DNA of 58,970 nucleotides, counting the filler, from Sphacelaria rigidula (taxonomy: Eukaryota), in assembly GCA_964200075.2 (NCBI GenBank). It is 8 parts of 8 records of this genome, joined end to end, with 100 filler letters (N's around TTAATTAATTAA, not from the genome) between each part and the next. Parts side by side here need not be neighbours in the genome. Positions count along the whole stretch, not along the records: positions 1 to 7,285 come from CAXNAA020015631.1; positions 7,386 to 14,669 come from CAXNAA020015632.1; 6 more parts are not named here. One strand, 5' to 3'. Every line of letters starts with the position of its first letter. Position 1 is the first letter of the stretch. The translations under genes were made by a program, and so were the position numbers. Below, piece by piece: positions 1 through 11,379 of the stretch. The notes beneath the pieces are model-generated. The model was not told the DNA's origin and did no database searches. It was given only the letters and a program-made list of their open reading frames with translations.

Positions 1-1493
1 CCGTCAGCCCTTTTTTTTTCGGGGAACCTGTCCCCCCCCCCCCGTCCTCCACCCACGCCCTCCTCCCCCCCCCCAGGGTTGGCGTCGGTTGGCAACGACG
101 CTGTGAAACGCGGCACTCACTTCGCAAGCTAGGCAACCAGATTGCCGTGTTTGTTTGCGCTTGCGTTTTTTTTTTTTGCGGTAACCATGATGGTGGTCGA
201 GCCACATGATGTTGTGCGGGATGGGAGAACCTCAGCTCCGCGCGAAGGGTATGGTCATACTACGTGATGTTTAAATGGTAAGACACCCATTAGGTAGTTT
301 GTAGCGCGTGGCAGTCTCTGGAAGTGGTGATACCAGAAGATGAAGCAGCTCATTGAAGGTTGTCATCCATATGCAGGATAATCAGTACGCTTCGGGCCGA
401 GCAATCTCAGCAGGATGCAGCTAGCCCTTCATGCGACTGGCCGAACACATCACGGCGCTTCGCGCTTGGTGATTGACTGCGAGCCTGGTCCCGCGAAAAC
501 CCGGCGTGCTCAGTCTCGGTTTTGTATACATGCGAGGTGGGTGATCACATGATTACGGCATGCAACATCATGAGTACACCTTCCTATCGTAGCACGACTC
601 TGAGACAAGACTACCGTACGGACTTGTCTCTAGAAGGGGATGGGTGAGTGAGTTGACACTTTGACGGAACACGACGTCGCGTATATAAAGTATACATATA
701 TATATATATATATAAATATTTCGAATTCACGAGCGTCAAGCATACTTTGTAACAAGGCGTCCAGGAGGTTTATTGCTGATTTTAGTGTGCAAGTTCCTCC
801 GCACCCGCCCCGGAAGATGACTGTTCGGGCCAATGCCAATGCCAGGGTCCCGGTTAGCGAATTCGTGCTCGATTTTGTGCGGGGGTACACATGCGCTCGC
901 GACCGTGCGAACGGACGCGCGATCGCGGTGGTCCTGCAATGTTTCCGGCGGGCACCAACATTGCGGGAGAGGATCTATTCTCACGAGGGCTTGGCAAGGC
1001 AAGAATACCGAGACCCTCGAAGAAGACGGACGGGGCCGGGGCGCAGCCCCGGGTCCTGTGCGGCTTGTATAAATATACACTTTTATTTTTCTTTGACGGA
1101 AGGAGGAAACCCAACCCAGCACTTACCCCGCAGGCGAGTTCCGCAAGCGAGTTCGTGTGCCGATTACCCGAAGGCTCGGCTAGACCACCTCGCGGCAGTC
1201 ATGTGGGGAAGGCGCCTCAAGCGGTGGCTGAAGGCAGTGTGGGGGATGCTCTTACTAAAACCCCCCGTAAACTTGGCGCAGTGCACGCACCGCCCTGCCC
1301 TTGGGAGCTCCGGCCCTAGGTCGCGAAGAGAGGGAGCCCACTATACTCGTGTGCCGCGACAATCGATCCTTTCACATATCGGACAGCTCATGATCTACCT
1401 CGGTATCACTTCTTATGAGAGTTCTGTTCCGGATCATGAGCTGTAATAGCTAATTTGGCCCCTTTGGCCTCACTTTTTCTCCCTACAGCGCTA

Positions 1494-1839
1494 CCGCTGC
1501 GCCCCGGTGGTGTAATGGTCCGACTGTCGCCATTAGGGTGGGGGGGGGGGGGGGGGAAACGGGGGTTCGATTCCCGATGCGTTCGTTTTTTTTTGTTCGT
1601 GATCATCTGATCTCCACCGCGGAAAACGTGAGAACGTGCGTAAACCAAGTAATCGACTGAGTGTGTTTTGACGTGTTTTGACGTGAGTTGACGCGGTGCG
1701 GGAGTGCTGATGGTCATGATCCAATACGCGAGACCAAAATGCAAGGCGTGTATTAGGGGGAAGATGGCTCGATCCCTTGAGATCACGGACTCGTCCCGAG
1801 AAAGGGGAGGGGTTCAAAGTGCGACAAGAAAAAAAAAAA
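1494..1839 (+). mobile_element. tRNA-derived SINE, family A (full-length copy)
   Basis: Pol III A box (TGGTGTAATGG) and B box (GGTTCGATTCC), a ~250-bp body and an A-rich tail. Homologous copies at 2985-3291 (-), 58141-58440 (+) and partial at 6143-6290 (+). Confidence 0.8.
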
Positions 1840-2424
1840 GAAGCGCCGGACGTCGAGCACCTGGAGCAGCGCAAACGTAGCGCTTCGCCTTCTCGGACCC
1901 TGTTGTCACGTCACGTGTTTTTGTGTTCTCCGACAAGGGATCTGAGGGTCCTCTTCGATTAGTCAGTTTAAGTAGCTAAGGGGCTGCCCGGCGTGAGGAG
2001 CATTTGTTGAAGGAGCGGTCGCCAGGACAATTAACGTACACTGAGCTTAGAGCTGCAGCCCGGACGGGGATAGCGTCTGCACACTTGTATACAGAGCACC
2101 ATCGACTACAGGACCACCCAGCTAGTGAGAAAACAGTGATCGAAGTAAAAGTGGAGCAACCCTTTTTATTTTCTTGGACTCGCCCAAACGATGAGTAGTA
2201 CACGTAACCAAAATGTAGGGAGTAGTGCAGGGTCAATAACTTTAAGCCCTATCGTTCAACTGGTCCGAACAGTCTAACCTGAGTTTTTTTTTTTTTTTTC
2301 CATGTGATTATTCCCAGCGGACCGGTTCCATGCATGAACTTGGGATGCGGAGGTACGTATAAACGGCAATGGCAACATTTACCGCTGTTGCTGTGCTGTT
2401 GTTGTTGTTGTTGTTGTTGTTGTG

Positions 2425-2535
2425 TTTAGTTTTAGTTCTCCACCTTCCTCCTGCGGCATTTGCCTTGATTATTTTTTTTATCGCGAGAGGGGTTCAGCAG
2501 TCCATTTCCCTCGTCGACCATGAAGTCGAATTATA
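2425..2535 (-). mobile_element. SINE family B internal fragment
   Basis: Contains 'ttttatcgcgagaggggttcagcagtcc...cgtcgacc..gaagtcgaatt', matching the internal part of the full copies at 26670-27036 and 43208-43569. Confidence 0.65.
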
Positions 2536-2984
2536 TATACATAAATATGCAGTGAAAGGGACTTCCGAAAAAAAAAATCGCGTATTTCACGAGGCTGAAT
2601 CTCCCATCAATATCGACTCGCCGCGACCTTGCGCTTCCGTGCCCCCCTGATGTAACAAAAAATATAAGATAGTAGTTCCAGGGATCACCCTCCCCGCCCC
2701 CACTGGGCGTTGGGGCCAGAAGGTGTTAGACGTGAAGAAAGTTTGGAGGAGAAGGAAATAAGTTGCAGGGGACGGGTGTAGTGGGTAGTGCAGGACGTGA
2801 AAAGGGCTGTTTGAGTAAGGGAGACGTGCGGAACATGCTGCGCTGTTCGCGAAATGAATTTGAATGTATTCTACCGTTGATGATGACTACAAGTGGGCAT
2901 TATGTGTGCTATTGGTTAGGGTGGAGACAGTGTAGCAGGGGAGGAGGAGGAGCAGACTGGAGATGCGCGTGGTGTGCTGGCCAT

Positions 2985-3291
2985 TTGTTTTTTTCCCCTC
3001 ACACTTTAAACCCCTCCCCTTCCTCGGGATGAGTCCGTGGTCTCAAGAGATCGATCCTTATCTCCCCCAGTACGTGCCGTTCATTTCGCTCTCGAGGATT
3101 GGGTCAGCACTCCCGCACCGCGTCAACTCACGTCGCACGAACCCAGTCTACTATCTTTGTTTACTCACGTCCTCACGCTTTCCACGGTAGAAATCATACA
3201 TAACGAAGAAAAACCCGACGGATCGGGAATCAAACCCCCGTTCTCTCCACCCTGATGGCGACAGGGGGACCATTACACCACCGGCGCGCGG
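2985..3291 (-). mobile_element. tRNA-derived SINE, family A
   Basis: Reverse complement aligns along the length of the copies at 1494-1839 and 58141-58440. Confidence 0.8.
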
Positions 3292-4154
3292 AAGCTTGGC
3301 CATGAAGCATATATTTCTAAACGGAAGACATGAATTTCCCAAAAGAGGAATGCCCGAAGACTGAAGAGAGAAATAAATCGGGAAAGACATGAGGAAGGAG
3401 AACCTCGGCCGTTATAATTAACTGTAGGTGATGGGAAACCGAAAGTCAGATGCAAGGGGAAACCCGGGTATCGGGGAAAAACCCGTCGCGAACGAATATA
3501 CACAGAACCGAAAGCCACCCCAGATGCAAGGGTAAACCCAAAACGCCCAGGACGAAAAACGTCCTTGCCAAATGTAGTACCTATGTCATATAATCTCTCA
3601 AGTTCTAGAAGAAACAGAACAAAAAATGGGGAACCATGCTGATGGAAGACGGGAATGCAAAGAAAGACCGTCGACGGTAGAGCGCTAAATGGAACGTGGG
3701 CATGCTACCGCGGAAGCGGACAGTAGAAACGCGTATGCACCTTGTCCCTCGTCGTATTCGGACCGCCACCTCTACAAAGAACGGTGATGAGGGAGAGACC
3801 GATATTTGGAGTTGGGCACGGTTCAAATGCCCGAGAAAACACACACTTACCACGCAGCAGATCTACCAGACCAGCAGGGAAGCATTGCGCAAGAAGAGGG
3901 GTGTTGATTCGCTCACACAGCGACGAACGGGGTGACCCTTTACATGTGTATCACGTGGGATAACACCCTCCGCACATGGTTCGAAATCAATATCATTTTT
4001 GCGCCTATTCAAAAATCAAGATAAAACAGGCCATTTTGTGGGCGTCAATATCAAGGTTTGGGTTAAGATTTCCTGTACAAAATCCGGCTATATCAGTATA
4101 GGGCATTACGGAGAAGGGTGTGATGCGTGTTAGAACGTGCAGATCTGCTACTGG

Positions 4155-4810
4155 GGCGGAGTTATCGAGAGCCGCAGCAGTGGGTCAGAACTCCGCAAAT
4201 CTGGGCCGATGACAGGAAGCATCCACTGCTGTGCTCGCCACCACAGACCCCAACCTTCTAAATTACGGGTTCACAGCAGTAGCTGGTACCATTGGCTACT
4301 GCTGGAGACCCGTACTTGAGAAGGTTAGGGCCTGTGGTGGCGAGTACAGCACTGCAACATATTTGCTGTGGGTGCAGATTGCGGAGTTTTGGAGGAGGTA
4401 CTGCTGCGTACTGCTGCGGCTCTCGATAACTCGTTCCCTACAAGAGACCTAAGCATGTCAACACGCATCACACCGTTCTTCAGGCTGTCTTCTACTCATA
4501 GCACCCATTAAGGTACAGGAGAGGTCGGGTGGCGAGTACAGCAGTGACAAGGTTTGGGTTTGTCGTGGCGAAAACGGCAGCAGAAGATGTAGTCCGCTGC
4601 TGGCTTCCCGTGCGCAGATTGCGTAGTTCTGGAAGTACCGTACCTCTGCGGACTGCGGCTCTCCATAATTCACCCCCTGTGCGGGTCCACAGCAGTAGTT
4701 GGTACCACCAGCTACCGCTGTAGACCCGTATTTGAGGAGTCAGGGTCTGTGGTGGCGAGTACAGCAGTGGAAGATGTTTGCTGTCGTCGGTCCACATTGC
4801 GGAGTTCTTG
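4155..4810. repeat. Foldback/MITE-like palindromic repeat cluster
   Basis: Imperfect ~275-bp palindrome at 4158-4432 (gagttatcgagagccgcagcagt ... actgctgcggctctcgataactc) centred near GGTACC, followed by further partial arm copies at ~4525-4810. Confidence 0.7.
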
Positions 4811-5399
4811 CTCTCACGTTCGTTGTACAACAGCAGCGTGTCCCGTCGCCCGCACACCCGCAAACAGGTCACACCAGCATACCCCAGCACCTCGGCCGTT
4901 GTGTGGAGAGCTGTTTCTCTTTCTCTCTCAGGGGGTATGCATATACAAGGAGGGTATGTTTCACTTCTGACTCGGTGTTGTGCACTTACGGCGCGGCTTT
5001 GCGTTCCCTGGAGGAAGAAAAAAAAAGAAGCGTCCTATTCACTCTTCAAGAAAAACGACGGACGATAATCATTTCTGTCTGTAATATACTAACATGATAT
5101 CGCTGTTCCCTTTCTTTCCTTTCTGAGGCCGTTGCCTCCGTCTTCTTCTGTTTCCTTTCGTGTTTTTTCTTCTATTATTCTGTTTTATTTTCTGCTGCTC
5201 TTGACCACGGGCTGGATTGTTGCAATCAGCTAATGTGAGAAAATCAATCAATCAATCAATCAATGATGCGAGAGAGTGAAAGTTCCCACCCCATGCCCAA
5301 TAAATAGTAAGCAGCGCCGGTGATCAACGGCAGGACTCCAATTTTCCGAGAACACCTGCGCTGTGATCAAACACCGGCCGCCGCGGTAGCAACAATAAG

Positions 5400-5915
5400 G
5401 TAATTTTTTATGCGTTTTGAGGGGAAAAAAAAAGAAGCTGAAAACTACCTTTTGGGCCGGCCCTTCTCCGTCGTTTTACGGCCGAAAAGAGAGCTAGGCG
5501 GATGTTGATACTTTGGAATGACTTGCTGGACTCGTTGACATTCCCAGGTGTCAACATCCGCCTAGCCCTCTTTTCGGTCGTAAAACGGTGGAGAAGGGCC
5601 CAAAGGCAGTTTTCAACAGGATGTTTTTCCCAACACATAAGAATCGATCTTGTTGACCTTGTTGACCTTGTTACTTATGGGTTCGGGAAACAGATTCTGT
5701 TGAAATCTGCCTTTTGGGACCTTCTCCGTCGTTTTACGGTCGAAAAGACTGCTAGGCGGATGTCAACACCTTGGAATGTCAACGAGTCCAGCAAGTCATT
5801 TCAAGGTGTCAACATCCGCCTAGCCCTCTTTTCGACCGTAAAACGATGGGGAAGGGCCTGCCCAAAAGGCAGTTTTAGGCGTATTTTTTTCCCTCTCCAA
5901 ACCCATGAGAATTGG
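5400..5915. mobile_element. Foldback MITE made of two hairpins in inverted orientation
   Basis: Hairpin 1 (~5441-5617) and hairpin 2 (~5697-5880) each have ~80-bp arms, and their loops are reverse complements of each other. Related arms bound 31655-32075. Confidence 0.75.
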
Positions 5916-6142
5916 TCTAACAACAAAAGACTAGAGCAAGGCGTCGTCGTGCTCCCGTGGCGTGAATTAAAACGGTACAGTCGAAACCAGTATGGTCGGG
6001 ACAACCCCGGTGAGAACCTCGCAAGACTTTTTTTTTTGTCATTATGTCTTTTTCTTTGTTTCCGAGAAACAAAAAAAAACTGACCTTCGTCGCCAAGAAA
6101 TATAAGCGATGTGCGTAGCAGAGAGGAATTTTCTGTGACGAA

Positions 6143-6290
6143 TGTTGACGCGGTGTGGGGAGTTCTGATCGAATCCGCAATACCTGAACGTAAATCGTGA
6201 ACGTACGTGACGGGGAGGATATGGCTCGACTTCTTGAGACCACGGACTCTTTCCGAGGACGGGAGGAGGATGAAAGTGTGACGAAAAACA
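6143..6290 (+). mobile_element. SINE family A, diverged 3' fragment
   Basis: 'gttgacgcggtgtgggga...tggctcgacttcttgagaccacggactc...aaagtgtgacgaaaaa' matches the 3' half of family A. Confidence 0.6.
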
Positions 6291-6380
6291 GGGGGGGGGG
6301 GAAAACTCCCCATCTCGAATCTCGAGAAAGACCGACGATATGCAAAGTCATAAGACACGGTCTTCCACGTTCACGCTTAC

Positions 6381-6948
6381 CTTGGCAAAGCGCTTCCACG
6401 CCTCCTTGGGAAATACCCCATGTGCAACGAAAGCTTGAACAGCGTTTGCCCCCGCCGCTTTCAAAGCCACACCGCACTCGTACAACGTGCCCCCGGTCTG
6501 TAAGGAAACAAAATAGTGGGCATGAAATGATCGTGCGGAAAACACACAATACGCAAAAGCGCCCCCCTCCCCCCCCCCCGTCTCGAAAGGGATGCATGGT
6601 CAATGGTCAAACGACTAAGACCAGCAACAAATGAGTACGCACCCCCCGCCTCCCAAAAAAACAACAACAGCGACAGCAACAACAGCAACAGCAGCAACAA
6701 CGACAATAACAACAACAACGACAACGACACGACAACGGACGGACACAGCAAAATTGAACAGGAAAAAAACTCTCGTGGGTATTCACAACGCCCAAGGTTT
6801 AGCAACGTAATCCCCTCCCCCCGACCTCCCTCCTAAAGGCGGCGCTCATTTATGTACTCACCTGAACGAGGTCGTCGACGATTATGATATTCTTCCCCGC
6901 TGGGTCCCCATCCTGAATCGTGATTTGGCGTATGTCACCACTTCGTAC
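6381..6948 (-). CDS. PRS: Ribose-phosphate pyrophosphokinase (PRPP synthetase, plant PRS3/PRS4-like class II); two internal exons, partial gene
   Basis: Exon 6948-6862 (VRSGDIRQITIQDGDPAGKNIIIVDDLVQ) and exon 6497-6381 (TGGTLYECGVALKAAGANAVQAFVAHGVFPKEAWKRFAK). Both have AG/GT boundaries in phase 0 and join to give the PRT motif IIVDDLVQTGGT and the HGVF motif. Confidence 0.85.
6655..6735 (+). repeat. Imperfect (CAA/CAG)n microsatellite in the PRS intron
   Basis: aacaacaacagcgacagcaacaacagc... seen directly. Confidence 0.8.
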
Positions 6949-7285
6949 CTACTTTTCCCCGAAAAACAAGGCAGCGACGGGAGGGGTAGGGTACTCATTT
7001 ATTGCTTGCCTTAGTCATTTGTTCATTGATCACGCATACCTTTCGGGGCGGAGCAGCGAGGGGAGGGGGAGGGGTGATAGGGAAAGGGAATCATGCTTCG
7101 CATGCCTTGGGTGGTGCATCCTTCACCACGAGCATCGTCCAGAGGACGAGAACGGGAAGAATGAAGGGGGCTGCTGCGGGGAGGAGGAGGAGGAGGAGAA
7201 GAAGTGGAGGGGGGGGGGGGGGGGGGTAGTCACTATGCTGTCTCACCTCCTTCTAAGACCACCAACACCCCCTCACTCATAAGTC

Positions 7286-7385
7286 NNNNNNNNNNNNNNN
7301 NNNNNNNNNNNNNNNNNNNNNNNNNNNNNTTAATTAATTAANNNNNNNNNNNNNNNNNNNNNNNNNNNNNNNNNNNNNNNNNNNN
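7286..7385. other. Artificial 100-bp join spacer (N44-TTAATTAATTAA-N44)
   Basis: Identical spacers at 14670-14769, 22054-22153, 29438-29537, 36822-36921, 44205-44304 and 51588-51687. TTAATTAATTAA has stops in all six frames. Confidence 0.97.
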
Positions 7386-7560
7386 TTTTCTCGATATCAC
7401 ATACATGTACAGGTGAAAAAATACCAGACCCTCCGTTACATTGTAAGTCGAGATGTACCAGACCCTGCATTGTATATGAAAATGGAAATGTGCCCAACCG
7501 TGAACAAAAGATTTCTACCGTCAGTACGAACACGTTGTTGAAAGTGTAGTGCGCAAAGTC

Positions 7561-7630
7561 AGTGTGTTGTCGTCCCATCTATTCTGGACGCCGGTCTCCA
7601 CCTTTCGGTATATGTGGGCGCACCAGCCGC
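7561..7630 (-). mobile_element. SINE family B, 3' end fragment
   Basis: gtgtgttgtcgtcccatctattctggacgccggtctccacctttcggtatatgtgggcgcaccagc matches the tail of family B. Confidence 0.7.
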
Positions 7631-10289
7631 GGCTGTGTTACCATACAGCTTTGCCCAAGATACAGGCAGCCTTACAACGGCGCAGGCGGTCTTTCACTCC
7701 TGTGTGCGCCACCTGGGGCAAACGCACGCTGTAGCTGCAACACGGACAGCTTTACAAAGTGTGACGTAGCAATATACTGTAGCCCGTAGCCCGGCGTGAT
7801 ATCCTGCGTACAGGTTGGCCGCGGCACAAGCGGCTGGATTCATTATGTGGCGAACTGCAAAGGACAACGCGAAATCAATGCAGGACAGGGATAAGCTGAG
7901 GATGTGGCGTCCTGCGATGTGCTTTGTCACCCTGCACCCTGCACACTGTATGAGCGGTTGGTACACAGTGTTGGCTCCACACCCATGGGGTGACTAACCT
8001 CTGCATTGAACTGCATAAACGAACTGAAATAAATAAGACGCGCGGAGCGAGTTATTTTCGAGCAGCACGCGCACTTCTCGCAGCGCGTGCTTTTCCCGTG
8101 TTGTCGACATCGTGCCCGCGCGCCTGTTCACTACAACGTTGTACTGCCCTGTAGTAGCCCGCCATGGTATTGCTCCTCATGTTTCATCACGCTTTATTCG
8201 AAAACATGCACAAGAGATGCTTGCGAGTCCATCGTTGTTACACTTGGAGGTGTGGTGAACCAGTTTTTTTTCGATCTGATACTACTAACGATGCTGTGTG
8301 CTGTACCAAGTAGTATACCGTAACAGCTCAAAAACGGATATGTATGATATAAACGCCACCGACATGCTCTGATTCTCATGAACTGTGTACGAGGCGCGGG
8401 AAGCATAGTTCTTGTCAAGGTATGCAAGGACGCAACCAAACTGCAGTACAGGCAGTTTCTAGTATCAGCACGAAACACATGATTCGAACGAGACACAAGA
8501 CAAAGCATTTACATTATAATACCTGGGCGTTTTGGTACTGAAAAGAGTCCACCAGTCACTTCACCACCTACCGTGAGGAGATAGATACCACGTGTAAATA
8601 CAAGATAACTTACGGGCAGACCAAGGAGAAGACCTTCATTTCAGAGTAAAGGGGCCCAGCCGAGACCACCCCGGTTTCACCGCCGAAATCCGAGACCGCA
8701 ACGTCACATCACAAGCACCGAAATAAATTGAAATTGGAAGCGCCCTGAACACAGGGCAATCTATTCTATACAATTGGGTCTCCGCAAACGTGAGATTCAA
8801 CTCCAATACAGTGCTTTCTCCGCACTTACAGTTAATTTTTAGGTTGGTATGATGCTCCTCAATCGCGTATATAGTTGTTCGGAGCGTTTTACCAACTCCG
8901 TGAACTTCCGCCGTTGAGCGAATTTTTGTTGATATCTTGGGCGCGGGGCGGGGGGGGGTATCAGTGGTGGGCAAGGGTTTTGCCCAGCGGTGGAAGCTCA
9001 CAGAGTCGGTGAACGCTCCGAGTAAGCATGTACGCGGTTGAGGAGCATGATGCCAGCACAACAAGTCACTGCGAGTGTGGGGAAATCACTACTTTTGGGC
9101 TGGAGTTTCATTTTTGCGGCCAACCTCATCTCTAGAATGGGCTTATCTAAAGATGGACGTGAGGACACGCTGAGATGATGCCCCACCCCTTTAGACGGTG
9201 TTCCCGTCACGTACGCAGCCGACATGAAGACACAGGCTTCATGTATCAAGTGCCTGACCAATGTGATCAAGCGCCAGGGCACCGGTGGTTGCTTCGCCCG
9301 CTGCATACGTGCTTCGACAGCAGGCTTTTGCTTTTTATGCGCGCATATAATTTCGCATAGACGAGGTTTTGCGCATAACCTTACGCGTTTTTTCACAACA
9401 TGTGGGGATTTCAGCATAACGAAGGCATTCAAGCTAAGTTTTGCGCATAACTTGGCGCATATAGTGCTCCAACGGGATTATGCGCCCCATGCCCAGCAGC
9501 TGGTAGCTGCCCACGGGTGCTCCATGTGGCGTGGCTCGTCTAGCCGTGGTGTTTGTGTTCGTGGTCTCTTTTTCTGAAGTTTGTTGCGGGTCTGATGTTG
9601 GTTATTGTGCTGTATGTGAAGTACTTTACGTTTATGTAAAACTGATGAAAAATTAATGTGTCATATTTCACATCTGACGTGGGCTTTCGCTTTTTATCCC
9701 CATTTTCTTTTCATGCTGGAAGGTACGTTCCATAAGGAATGTCGCGAGGAACCGCCTCGAGAAGGACGCGACAATGGCGCATAAGTTATGCAAACTCTAC
9801 CAAAATATATATATCGGCGCATAATTTTCACCTTCGAGCATGAAAAAAAATAATAAAACGCATTACAGAAAAAAAGGCGCATACAAAGCAAAAGCCTATT
9901 CGGCAGTCGTAATTTTTCAGCTAGCAGCAATCGTGGTACACTCCTACAGACTGTATGGCACGGGCGCTGCGAATAAGACGGGCGGATCGGGGTGCAGCGC
10001 GTCTTGCAGCTCGTTCCCAACGGTGTTGGCGTGCGTCGTCACCCTCCGTGCGAGTCAATCAACGTATCATGGAGGTGTCCATGTCCAGCGCAGCGTACCG
10101 CATTGTAGCCAACACCACGCTACCTGACAGTTTGTGTATACGGGCACATAAAGACAGTAAGTACATCACGGTGCAGTGAGTGCAGCACAATAAGTAATGT
10201 ACAGTAAATACACTACAACCAAGTACTCCACACAAAATGCAGTACAGGAAGTAGTAAAGCGTGCAGCGGCGCATGACAGTGTTTGTATA

Positions 10290-10856
10290 CTTCATCTGTC
10301 CCATGAGTGAAGTCCGTTGTGATCACACGGACCCTTAACCTTGCCCAATGCCGTAGGCGATACGTTTCTTGGGATCTTCAGTTTTTTTAGTTGAATTGCG
10401 TTTTTATTTTCCTTCTGTTTGCGTAGCAGCCAGTGCGCCCGAACGGCCGATAAACGATCACTCGGCCCAGAAATGGCCATATTTCTCCCCTCCACCAGGA
10501 CACAGAGGACAACCCTGGAAACCCGAAAAACGGCAAAAAATCGCGAAAAAAAAGCATGACACTCTCCGGTTCATTTCTAGCATACCATAGCTACGCCGCA
10601 GCCTTCAACTACTTCAACACAAGCCAAATTCGTCTAAATTCGGTCGGAAATGTACATCTTTGACGGAATTTGATCGAAATTGGGCCCACCCGACGACTCT
10701 AAGGTTGTAGGTCGATTATTTTATTTTCGATTGTTCCAGGGGTCACCTCCACAACTATATATTCTCAACGAACCTGCCCATAAAGGTCGTAAGCACCTCC
10801 GTTGGCGAGGTACGACCTATCCCCCATAACGGACTTTACTTATGGGACAGCGGAAG
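10290..10856. mobile_element. Stowaway-like (Tc1/mariner) MITE
   Basis: ~32-bp TIRs: CTTCATCTGTCCCATGAGTGAAGTCCGTTGTG and CATAACGGACTTTACTTATGGGACAGCGGAAG. Flanked by TA on both sides (10288-10289, 10857-10858). Confidence 0.75.
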
Positions 10857-11379
10857 TAGGAATTTATGAAGAAACTGGTGCAATTGACGAATTCACATCG
10901 TCCAACTTCACCACCAGGTATGCCTCCGGATCATCGTGTCGTGCTTCTTACGCACCAAACCATTTGACGCAGTCCTTTTCCCCATGGAATCTATACATGA
11001 TGGGCAGCACCCTATTCGTGCTGCAGACCCGTCTGGATCTGCGTGGCCGCCACACATCGACATGCGATTGTGCCCACAGCATACGAGTACACAGCAACAC
11101 TATTCTCACCACCCATCTTTCCAGCCAGAAACCAGCACCGATGCTCCCACCTCCCTCTCAGCTTCCCCGTGGTGTAACGCGTCGGACCGCCACTCCTTTG
11201 TGGGGAGCTCCACGGTCGTGTGAAGTACGTCTACTTTGCGGCTGGTTTCACCTGAAATTGATTGATTGATTGATTTTTTTATCAATCAATCGGTCAATTT
11301 TATATTATGATTCTTGTGTGCGGGCATCGTCCTATTTTTGAGTTTTCTTCTTTCGGCGTGAGACTGCACCTTTGTGTAC

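Noticed and set aside
661-1446. 261-aa ORF
   Set aside because: Non-ATG start, runs through an (AT)n tract, and has no recognisable motif or splice support.
5502-6083. 193-aa ORF with internal repeats
   Set aside because: It is a translation of the palindromic foldback element.
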